The translations under genes were made by a program, and so were the position numbers. Below, piece by piece: positions 28,419 through 36,434 of a DNA stretch of 49,127 bases. The notes below the pieces were generated by a model that was not told the origin of the DNA, searched no databases, and worked only from the letters and a program-made list of their open reading frames with translations. Location: positions 1-49,127 of the forward strand of contig JBHLLG010000019.1 in assembly GCA_048885925.1 (NCBI GenBank). The letters run 5' to 3'. Numbering within the stretch: the first letter of the stretch is position 1; every line of letters starts with the position of its first letter. This DNA is from Candidatus Hermodarchaeota archaeon. Its GTDB lineage: Archaea; Asgardarchaeota; Lokiarchaeia; Sigyniarchaeales; SOKP01.

Positions 28419-28507
28419 GTATTTATAAAAAAATATAGATAAGTTATTATTGATAATATCATAAAAGATCTTATAGTTAAAACCAAAATTTGGATAGTTT
28501 TATTAGA

Positions 28508-28735
28508 ATGGATAAAAAGATTGATACTTCTGACCAATTTATTGAATTTTATAAGAAAAAAGGAGACTATTTAGTGTCTCTTTCAGAAAATCATTTTAAA
28601 AATATAGAATATCGTAAATGCCTTGAATTGTTAAATCAAGCTTATACTATGTATATGAAAGGGAATTATACTGACCTTGCTGAAAAAACTAAGCAAAGAT
28701 TCTTAGAAATTAAAGAAAAATATTTTCAAAAGTGA
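28508..28735 (+). CDS. Small TPR-like helical hypothetical protein
   Basis: YRKCLELLNQAYTMYMKGNYTDLAEK helix-turn-helix pattern. ATG at 28508 is preferred over the TTG at 28490. Confidence 0.65.
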   Translation: MDKKIDTSDQFIEFYKKKGDYLVSLSENHFKNIEYRKCLELLNQAYTMYMKGNYTDLAEKTKQRFLEIKEKYFQK

Positions 28736-28740
28736 ATTTT

Positions 28741-29235
28741 TTATCCAAATTCTAAGTTTTTATCTAATTTCTCTTCTATATCTTCAATATGGGAGCCTTG
28801 CCAATAGACTTTTTTACAATTAAGATTTGTGCATTGATAAAATTCATCATAATTATTATAGGTGTCTTCTAAAACAAAATCCTTTATAGAAGATTTTGAT
28901 AAGACTCTATTTAAATTTGAATTACAAATTGAACAACGAGCTTTTTTAATATTGAATTTGAAAATTAATCCAAAGTTATTATTAAGTTGATTAAGGTAAT
29001 TGTATATCCCTTCCCCTTTTAGGAAAATTGTATCATCCTTATATTTATTATATAAGGGATAATCTTTTGTGATAATAATCCTTTTATTTTTTTTAGCATA
29101 ATCCACCAATTTTTCATCCGGAACAGGATCCATCTTATAATATGATATTAAATCATTTGCGTATATTGTATCAAATCCGAAAATTCTTAAGAAGCGCGCT
29201 AAATTACCTAACATTGAATCAACTAAAAATCTCAT
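28741..29235 (-). CDS. Mut7-C RNase (PIN-like) domain protein with zinc ribbon
   Basis: RFLVDSMLGNLARFLRIFGFDT, IITKD, RCSICN and C..CKKVYWQGSH motifs. Confidence 0.92.
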   Translation of the reverse strand: MRFLVDSMLGNLARFLRIFGFDTIYANDLISYYKMDPVPDEKLVDYAKKNKRIIITKDYPLYNKYKDDTIFLKGEGIYNYLNQLNNNFGLIFKFNIKKARCSICNSNLNRVLSKSSIKDFVLEDTYNNYDEFYQCTNLNCKKVYWQGSHIEDIEEKLDKNLEFG

Positions 29236-29407
29236 AATGTTTAACTTAAGCTCTTTTCAATATTTTTAGATTAAATGTAATTAAAGTTAAATTTCAATTA
29301 AGAAAAAAGATTTAGGATGAATAATATTATATTTAACAATAGAATGATTATAATAATAAATTATTTTAATAATTGAAATTATTCAAAATAAAAAAAATTT
29401 TTTTCAA

Positions 29408-29938
29408 ATGGAAGCTAAAGAATTAATGGAGAAATCGGTAAGATTCCATGGACATATTTGTCCTGGGTTAGCAATAGGAGTAATAGCAGCAAAATATGTA
29501 CTAGACCAAGGATATAATTTTTCTCCAAATGAAGAGCTAGTTGCGGTAGTTGAGAATGATAATTGTAGTGTTGATGCTATCCAAGTTTTATTAGGTACAA
29601 CTTTCGGTAAAGGTAATCTTGTCCATAATGATTTTGGCAAATTTAATTATTATTTTTACGATAGAAGAACTACTAAAGCAGTACGATTGGTACTAAAAAA
29701 AATTGATTTTGGTGATAAGAAATTAACAAGAGATGAAAGAATCCAATTAATTTTAAGTTCTAAGCCTGAAGATATATTTAATTTATATGAAATTGATTTC
29801 AATCCTCCTGGATTAGCTCGAATTGAAGAATCAGTACCGTGTGAAATATGTGGAGAGCTTGTTATGAATAGTAGAGTCTTAACGTATAACAATTCCGAAA
29901 TGTGTATTTCTTGTTACAGAAAGATGAGAGAGAAATAA
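29408..29938 (+). CDS. FmdE/FwdE-family zinc-binding protein
   Basis: FHGHICPGLAIG, ENDNCSVDAIQ, TFGKGN; C-terminal CEICGE...CISC. Confidence 0.92.
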   Translation: MEAKELMEKSVRFHGHICPGLAIGVIAAKYVLDQGYNFSPNEELVAVVENDNCSVDAIQVLLGTTFGKGNLVHNDFGKFNYYFYDRRTTKAVRLVLKKIDFGDKKLTRDERIQLILSSKPEDIFNLYEIDFNPPGLARIEESVPCEICGELVMNSRVLTYNNSEMCISCYRKMREK

Positions 29939-30060
29939 AAAATTGGAGTTTATTTACATTTAATAATATAATTTTCACTGATTTTAGAAAGCAATCTGTA
30001 TTACCACACTTACCATTTTAAATTATGAAAATTAAAAAATCGTAATAGATGTGAAATAGA

Positions 30061-30825
30061 ATGGAGCTGAATAATCAAAAATTCATACCTGGGGCAGGTC
30101 CTTTTTATTTAAGTGGTAATGATGTTGGCATTGTTATGGTACATGGGGGAGGTGGAGGAACATCTGCCGATTTAAAAGTAATAGCAGAAGATTTACATAA
30201 AATGGGAGGTTATACTATTAATGTTCCTCTACTTCCTGGATTTGGGACTTCACCTGAAGATTTAAGAAAAATATCTATCAAACAATGGTTTTTTGCTTTG
30301 AATAAAGAGATATCCTTATTGAGAGAGAAATGTAATAAAATAATTGTAGGAGGTCATTCTATGGGAGGTGTTTTGACTTTAATTTTAGCTTCAAAGAATC
30401 ATTTTGATGGTATTTTTACGATTAATGCTCCATATGGAATTCAACATTTCTTAATTCATTTAGTACCCTTCTTTAAAATTTTTGTCAAATATTATAATAT
30501 AGAATCAGAGAAATTTAAAAAAGATACAAATGGAAAATGGGTAGGTTATGATAAGATTCCTTTGAATATTGGAACAAAAATGAAACACTTATTGAAACAA
30601 ATGAAGAGATCATTATGGAAAATTAATTCTCCAGCATTATTATTTCAAGGTCTTTTAGACTCTGATATTAAAAAAAATAGTATGGATAATATTTTTTATA
30701 AAATCAATTCAAAGAAAAAGAAAAAAGTTTGGTTAGAAAATAATGGACATCCAATATTGCTTTGTCCTGATCATGATCAGATTGTTATAGAACTTATAAA
30801 TTTCATAACTGAACTTTGTCCTTAA
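30061..30825 (+). CDS. Alpha/beta hydrolase (carboxylesterase, Est30/YvaK-like)
   Basis: GHSMGG nucleophile elbow, LPGFGT, QGLLDSDI (Asp) and NGH (His). Confidence 0.9.
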   Translation: MELNNQKFIPGAGPFYLSGNDVGIVMVHGGGGGTSADLKVIAEDLHKMGGYTINVPLLPGFGTSPEDLRKISIKQWFFALNKEISLLREKCNKIIVGGHSMGGVLTLILASKNHFDGIFTINAPYGIQHFLIHLVPFFKIFVKYYNIESEKFKKDTNGKWVGYDKIPLNIGTKMKHLLKQMKRSLWKINSPALLFQGLLDSDIKKNSMDNIFYKINSKKKKKVWLENNGHPILLCPDHDQIVIELINFITELCP

Positions 30826-31000
30826 ATTATTTATTTATAATTAAATTAAATAAAATATTAAAGAATAGACTTTTAGATTTTTTAAAAAACTAAATTATGA
30901 TTAATAAATATTTACTATACATTGAAAAATATTCCTTAAGTTTTTTGAAGGAAACCTTAAAGGAAAATTGTAAAAAATTATTTTAGTAGATGAATATTCT

Positions 31001-32227
31001 ATGATAAAAAACATAAATAGTGGGCAAACTTTATTAATAAAAGGTCCAGCAAGAGTAACAGTTTTAGAAGGAAAGATTGAGGTATTAGGGAAAATATTTC
31101 GTCCAGAAAAAGAATCATTTAATAATCCACTAACAAATAATACAAATGTATTAATAATCCCTAGTGCTCAAAGTTATCCCCTATATGGTGTAGAAAAATC
31201 AAAATTAGAGATATATACTAATATTGAAGAATTTGTTAAACTGATAGAAGAAAATTCGATTTCTAATGAATGGATTGAAATTAAAGATTTAATTATTAAA
31301 GCCTTAAAAGAAAATACGAACACTCCTTTGAAGATTATGGTTTTAGGGATTAGCAGTGGTAAAACTACATTTATTAAATACTTAGCAAACAATTTTCTTA
31401 AAGAAGGATTAAAGGGAGGATATCTTGACTCCGATCTAGGCCAACAAATTATATATATACCTACTACAATTAATATTGGTTCTATTTATGATTATATTGT
31501 TTCAAGCGAGAATATTAATTCTGAAAATACTGTTTTTATTGGTGCTACTTTTCCGAAAGGGGATTATAAATTTATAGTTTCAGTTGCAAGTAGGCAATTA
31601 ATAGAAGACTATACCACCAAAAATAAAAATGTTGATTTTGTTTTAATTGATACAGATGGTTGGATTAAAACTGAGGCAGGAATTCTATATAAAAATTTTT
31701 TCATTAAAAAAGTTGATCCCGATATTTTAGTTGTTTTTCACGATGAATCTATTGAAGAATTAAAAATTATTGAAAAGAACTCATCAAGTTTGAGAAAAGA
31801 AAGGAAATTATTCTTAATTAAGGAGATAAACAAATATTTTTATGAAAAAAGTAAAGATGAGAGAAGATTTTTACGCCAAAGTCAATTTTCTAAAAAATTT
31901 GAGTTGTTTAGAAAAATTTCAATTCCTTTAAGCAATATAAAATTTGTTAAAAACGAATATGATAAAGAAAAGGATGAAATCATCGAAAAAGAAATAAAGG
32001 TAAATGATCTTGTTAATCTTCCTTATCATTATGTAATAATAGGTTTAATGACTGAAAAGTCGAAATTGATAGAGATAGCTCTTCTTTTTACTATAAATAT
32101 TGAAAAAAATTATATGTTATTATATTCCAACTTGACGTACAAACAACAAATTAAGGTAAAGAAAATCTTACTTGGTAGTCTTAGATTATCAACAAAAGGA
32201 AATCATCAGGGATATTTATATCTATAA
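31001..32227 (+). CDS. Clp1/Grc3/Nol9-family polynucleotide 5'-kinase
   Basis: N-terminal TLLIKGPARV...G.IEV.G, P-loop GISSGKTT, DSDLGQ, IDTDGW and ERRFLR clasp. Confidence 0.88.
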   Translation: MIKNINSGQTLLIKGPARVTVLEGKIEVLGKIFRPEKESFNNPLTNNTNVLIIPSAQSYPLYGVEKSKLEIYTNIEEFVKLIEENSISNEWIEIKDLIIKALKENTNTPLKIMVLGISSGKTTFIKYLANNFLKEGLKGGYLDSDLGQQIIYIPTTINIGSIYDYIVSSENINSENTVFIGATFPKGDYKFIVSVASRQLIEDYTTKNKNVDFVLIDTDGWIKTEAGILYKNFFIKKVDPDILVVFHDESIEELKIIEKNSSSLRKERKLFLIKEINKYFYEKSKDERRFLRQSQFSKKFELFRKISIPLSNIKFVKNEYDKEKDEIIEKEIKVNDLVNLPYHYVIIGLMTEKSKLIEIALLFTINIEKNYMLLYSNLTYKQQIKVKKILLGSLRLSTKGNHQGYLYL

Positions 32228-32320
32228 TTTATGTTATGTAATATTTGAGTAGTTTTCTCAATATTTTATATCTCATATTAAGACTAATTTTTTTAAATTG
32301 TGTTATAATAATAATAATTT

Positions 32321-33760
32321 ATGAATGAGAATCTTCTCACTAAGTTTCTAAATTTGATGAGCTCAAAAATTACAAATTCAGATTTGAAATTGATTAACCT
32401 AGGTAAATCATTAGGGTTAGATTTGGTATCTTTTGCTGATTTGAGAGCTTCTCAAGAAGATGGTTTTGCCGATGAAATAAGGAATAAAGCTTTAGAGAAG
32501 ATGGAAAAAGAGAGAGATAACTTTTTAACAAACCTTAATTCGTTTTATACAGGAAGCATTGATTTTATGGTCTCTGATGAACCAGAAGGAAAAAAATTTT
32601 TTCTTTTAGAAACAAATGGAGGATCTCACAGGGGTCTTTCGATTATTACTAAAAAACAGCAATCCCTTTTATTTGATGGATATTATGAAGCAATTAATCA
32701 AGCTGTAAAGAAAAGTCCAAGAAGAAGTAAAAAAGTTTTGATTTTAGTTGGAGTACCAGTTAACGATGCATTAATTCATGAGAAAGTGTTAATGATAGAA
32801 TATTTGAGAAAAAAACTTAACACCAACGGCTATACAGTAAAGATTTTTAATACTGATAATTATGATAAACATTTTCAGGCTGAAATTGTGTTCTTGATAG
32901 CAGATTATAAACAACTATCTACTACTCTCTCGTTTTCTAATAATTGGATTAAATATAAAGGAGAAGAAATTAATGTTATTATAGGAGATGGCATTACAAG
33001 GCGTCTAAAGGATAAAAGATTCATACAAATTATTGAAGAAGATTTTCATAAAATAAAATCAATTATTGTTAATCCCATCTTTAAAGTAACTGATGATAAA
33101 TCTTTAACATATTTAGCAAGCTTTTTTAGTAAAAGTTTGCTTATGAAATACAATCTTAGATATCTCTTATTTACTAAAGCATTTACAGAAAAGGAATTAA
33201 TAGAAAAATTAGAATACCTTATAAATGCATACCAAAGATCTTTTATCATCAAACCTAGTGGAGGCTCTGGTGGTGCAGGAGTTATGCCAATTTCCAAAGA
33301 TGAAGATTATTCTAGCATTAAAAATATTGTGAATGAAAGTAAAAAGGAGTTTTTTGCGAAATTCACGAAAGATCGTGATCCATATCCATACACTATTCAA
33401 GAAATGGCAAATTTTTCCTTAATTAATTGGCGAGAAGGAAAACATACATTTGATTTGCGAATATATTTAACCCAAAGAAATGGGATAATTGTACCCGTAG
33501 GAGGTTTAGCAAGAATTGCTCGAGGAAGATACAGTGGAAGTTTAAATAAACAAGAATTTGTAGTTAACTTATCAGGTTATGATGGTCAAATTGAAGTTGA
33601 AAGAGGAATCGGGTTTTCTGAAGATAATTGCATGTTGTTAAATTTAAAAAAAGAAGATTTTGTGAATATGTTTTGTATAGGCTGTGTATTATTTACAAAT
33701 ATTATTAAAAATTATAATAGAATTATTAATTTCTCTAATTGGAGTGAAGTTCTCGATTGA
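32321..33760 (+). CDS. Circularly permuted ATP-grasp peptide/amide ligase (COG2308/CP_ATPgrasp-like)
   Basis: N-terminal GSIDF...LLETN, then DDK, IIKPSGGSGGAGV, IQE, FDLRIY, VGGLARIA and VVNLS. The ExN motif precedes the KP loop, which is the permuted order. Confidence 0.8.
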   Translation: MNENLLTKFLNLMSSKITNSDLKLINLGKSLGLDLVSFADLRASQEDGFADEIRNKALEKMEKERDNFLTNLNSFYTGSIDFMVSDEPEGKKFFLLETNGGSHRGLSIITKKQQSLLFDGYYEAINQAVKKSPRRSKKVLILVGVPVNDALIHEKVLMIEYLRKKLNTNGYTVKIFNTDNYDKHFQAEIVFLIADYKQLSTTLSFSNNWIKYKGEEINVIIGDGITRRLKDKRFIQIIEEDFHKIKSIIVNPIFKVTDDKSLTYLASFFSKSLLMKYNLRYLLFTKAFTEKELIEKLEYLINAYQRSFIIKPSGGSGGAGVMPISKDEDYSSIKNIVNESKKEFFAKFTKDRDPYPYTIQEMANFSLINWREGKHTFDLRIYLTQRNGIIVPVGGLARIARGRYSGSLNKQEFVVNLSGYDGQIEVERGIGFSEDNCMLLNLKKEDFVNMFCIGCVLFTNIIKNYNRIINFSNWSEVLD

Positions 33761-33761
33761 A

Positions 33762-34922
33762 ATGGACCTTGAAACATTAAAATCGTTATTGGATATTTCT
33801 AATCGACATATATTATACAAAAAAATTCTAATTGAACTAGAACAAGTTAAAAGTTTAGATCTAATTACTTATCAAACTTATAGGACTGCTGAAGGAATTA
33901 TCCCCGTTATAAAAGTTTCAAATAATTCTAAATTTGATAATATTCACCATGTTAAAATCTTTATAGGTGCACAGCATAATGAGTATAACGGTTTATTTAG
34001 TATTTTCAAGTTTTTTAAATTACTGCGAGCAGGAAAAATTAATATTAAAAAGATCATTCGAACTAGTCAGGTTCTCTATTTTCTACCATTGATGAATCCT
34101 TATGGATTTCTAAATCCTAATAAAAATAATAAATCAGGGTATTTCTTAAAAAATGGTTCAAATCTTAATAAATTTTGGCGTAGAACATTTGTTCCTGAAT
34201 ATAAAAATGGAATGAAGGATTTGGATAAATTACCATTACCTGAACATGTTTTAATTGTGAAAAAAATACTTAATAAATACTGGGATAATAAAGAAATTAA
34301 AATGTATATACTTGATTTTCATGAAACCTCTTTATTGAAAAGATTTCTCATAGAATTAAGTATGAATCTAAACTTATTTTATAAGTTTGATCATTGGCTT
34401 AAAGAAGGGATTATATTAAATATTATAAAGCTATACGAAATATCTTACCATCAAAAACCTCTATTTTTCAAGTGCAATCCATCCATAGATCATACCCATC
34501 TAAATCTATCTCAAAAAGAATTTCAAACCATTTTAGAAAAACTTCAAGATTATGTTTTAAAAAATCTTAGAAATAATAGATTACCTTTTTATTTTTGCTA
34601 CAGCACCAAAAGTAAAAATTATTGTCAAAGGTTGGCTAATAATGTCTATAATAAATTAAAAGAAAAATTATGGGAAACTTATTTTCCAGCTTTCAGCCAT
34701 AGCTTTCAGAATCATGGTTGTTTTGTAAATATGAGTGATGCAACCACTCGCCCTTGTGTATATGCAATGTCATTAGAATCTGAGAAACATTTCTTAGACT
34801 TATTTGAAGAAATTCAAAAATTAAAATCAGATCCCAATTATTTAAATAATAAACTTAATCTCATTGATGTTAGTATAGAATTAGCCCTTGAAGCTATAAA
34901 ACAAATGATCAATCTATTCTAA
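33762..34922 (+). CDS. Divergent M14-clan zinc carboxypeptidase / succinylglutamate desuccinylase-like protein
   Basis: IFIGAQHNEYNG, PLMNPYGF, NGSNLNKFW, ILDFHE and late SLESE motifs. ATG at 33762 lies 1 nt after the ligase stop. Confidence 0.72.
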   Translation: MDLETLKSLLDISNRHILYKKILIELEQVKSLDLITYQTYRTAEGIIPVIKVSNNSKFDNIHHVKIFIGAQHNEYNGLFSIFKFFKLLRAGKINIKKIIRTSQVLYFLPLMNPYGFLNPNKNNKSGYFLKNGSNLNKFWRRTFVPEYKNGMKDLDKLPLPEHVLIVKKILNKYWDNKEIKMYILDFHETSLLKRFLIELSMNLNLFYKFDHWLKEGIILNIIKLYEISYHQKPLFFKCNPSIDHTHLNLSQKEFQTILEKLQDYVLKNLRNNRLPFYFCYSTKSKNYCQRLANNVYNKLKEKLWETYFPAFSHSFQNHGCFVNMSDATTRPCVYAMSLESEKHFLDLFEEIQKLKSDPNYLNNKLNLIDVSIELALEAIKQMINLF

Positions 34923-34959
34923 TCCTTTTAAAGAAGCAAGATAAAAGATATTTACTAAT

Positions 34960-35958
34960 TTATGAATTAAAATGCCTTAGGGTTGCTCCCATTATAACAC
35001 ATTCGTTTTTCTTTTGAGAATGTCCTCCTTTGTTTAAGATAAGCAGATTTTCCTTTACTGATTCCAAAATTGTTTTATTTTGTTGAAAATTTTTGAATTT
35101 TATTATTCTGTCATTTTTACAATGGATTAACATAACTTTCTTAGAATAAATCTTCCAATCTTCTAAGGTTGATTCGTTTTTTGCTTTTTGTATAAATAAA
35201 TAAGGTGATAGCATTTTATTTTCCACATCATTAGGGAACATTTTTACTCTTTTCATTAAGTAACTTAACATTACAATAGGATTGTATTTAGGTATATTTT
35301 GTTTGTAATTAGATATTGAAGAAATTGCGACAATTTTTTCAATATTTCTATCTAGAAAACCTCCAGATAAAACAGTTATAGCACCTATGCTGAAACCAAT
35401 ACAATAGATTTTAATTTTTGAAAATTCTTCTTGAGCTTTTACCCATTTAATAATTTTTTTAAAATCCTCAATTCTTTCTAAAAAATCACCTCTCTTTCCA
35501 GCTTTTTTAGATTTTCCCGTACCTCTTGCATCATAGGCTAGAATCATGTAACCCTGATATGCAAGTGGATAATATAAATACTGAAGTTTTTCCTTTGTGT
35601 CTGAAAAACCATGACAGACTATAACTAAAGCATTTTTTAATTTAATTTTTGCTAGATTTTGATTCTTTACCAGATTTGCTGATAAAAGTCCATTGGAAAC
35701 ATTTATTTTTATAGTTGTTACTTCTAAATCTTTATGATAAAGTTTTGGCCAACGATCGAACCAAAGCTCACGAAAACTGAAGTAGATTTCAAAAGGTACA
35801 TAAATTATTAAGAATGTTGTAACAGATAAAGTGAAACATCTTGAAAAAGCAGTTGTATAACATGGATTTCCTAATGATATATTTACTTCCCATATGTACC
35901 AACTAAATAAAACATCTACAATTATTAATATGATGCGTTTGTATGTATTTGAAAGCAA
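34960..35958 (-). CDS. Membrane-anchored alpha/beta hydrolase
   Basis: Two N-terminal hydrophobic segments, VCHGF, YDARGTGKS, GFSIG, ND.II and GGH. Confidence 0.88.
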   Translation of the reverse strand: MLSNTYKRIILIIVDVLFSWYIWEVNISLGNPCYTTAFSRCFTLSVTTFLIIYVPFEIYFSFRELWFDRWPKLYHKDLEVTTIKINVSNGLLSANLVKNQNLAKIKLKNALVIVCHGFSDTKEKLQYLYYPLAYQGYMILAYDARGTGKSKKAGKRGDFLERIEDFKKIIKWVKAQEEFSKIKIYCIGFSIGAITVLSGGFLDRNIEKIVAISSISNYKQNIPKYNPIVMLSYLMKRVKMFPNDVENKMLSPYLFIQKAKNESTLEDWKIYSKKVMLIHCKNDRIIKFKNFQQNKTILESVKENLLILNKGGHSQKKNECVIMGATLRHFNS

Positions 35959-36029
35959 ATTATTCCACTAAAAAATATAATCAAGAGTGAATTAAGCGTT
36001 TAAATAATAAAAAAATAAAATTTGTATTT

Positions 36030-36350
36030 TTATGGCTTTTTAGGTTTTGGACATCCATAATCATGAGCAATTTGACAACCAGGTTTGCTTTTTAAACCCG
36101 GACAAGGATTACATTTTACTTCACGCAAGATCTTAACAACATCATCGATTTCCATTCCAAATTCTTCATCTTCTGTCTCATCCTCTAGCATATCATCTTT
36201 TATTTTAGTGAGATCATACTCTATATCGTCATCTAAGTCATCTTTCCAATCAGAAAGATCTAAAACTTCTTCTCCCTCTTCATCTATTTTTCCATTTGGA
36301 ACTTCATAATCTTCTTCATCTTCAATTGGAGCTTTCTTTTTTTTAGCCAT
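36030..36350 (-). CDS. Small highly acidic protein with basic N-terminus and Cys4 C-terminus
   Basis: MAKKKK, D/E-rich core, CNPC...C...H...C; ATG start. Confidence 0.75.
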   Translation of the reverse strand: MAKKKKAPIEDEEDYEVPNGKIDEEGEEVLDLSDWKDDLDDDIEYDLTKIKDDMLEDETEDEEFGMEIDDVVKILREVKCNPCPGLKSKPGCQIAHDYGCPKPKKP

Positions 36351-36434
36351 AATATATATTCACATTTATAGTTGATTTTGACTTATTTATTTTTTTGAAT
36401 ATATAATCTTTGTTAAAATTTAATTTTAATTCGA

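Noticed and set aside
29408-29938. FmdE as evidence of a formylmethanofuran dehydrogenase operon or methanogenesis
   Set aside because: Stand-alone gene with no fwd/fmd catalytic subunits in the window; the family is widespread outside methanogens.
32321-33760. Calling the ATP-grasp protein a true tubulin-tyrosine ligase orthologue because of FDLRIY
   Set aside because: TTL proteins have ExN C-terminal to the FDLR motif; here it is N-terminal, and GGLAR/VVN match the permuted family. Only an analogy is claimed.
33684-33761. Hydrophobic N-terminal extension (apparent signal anchor) on the M14-like ORF in the ORF track
   Set aside because: It comes from a GTG inside the upstream gene; the ATG at 33762 right after the ligase stop is the more plausible start.
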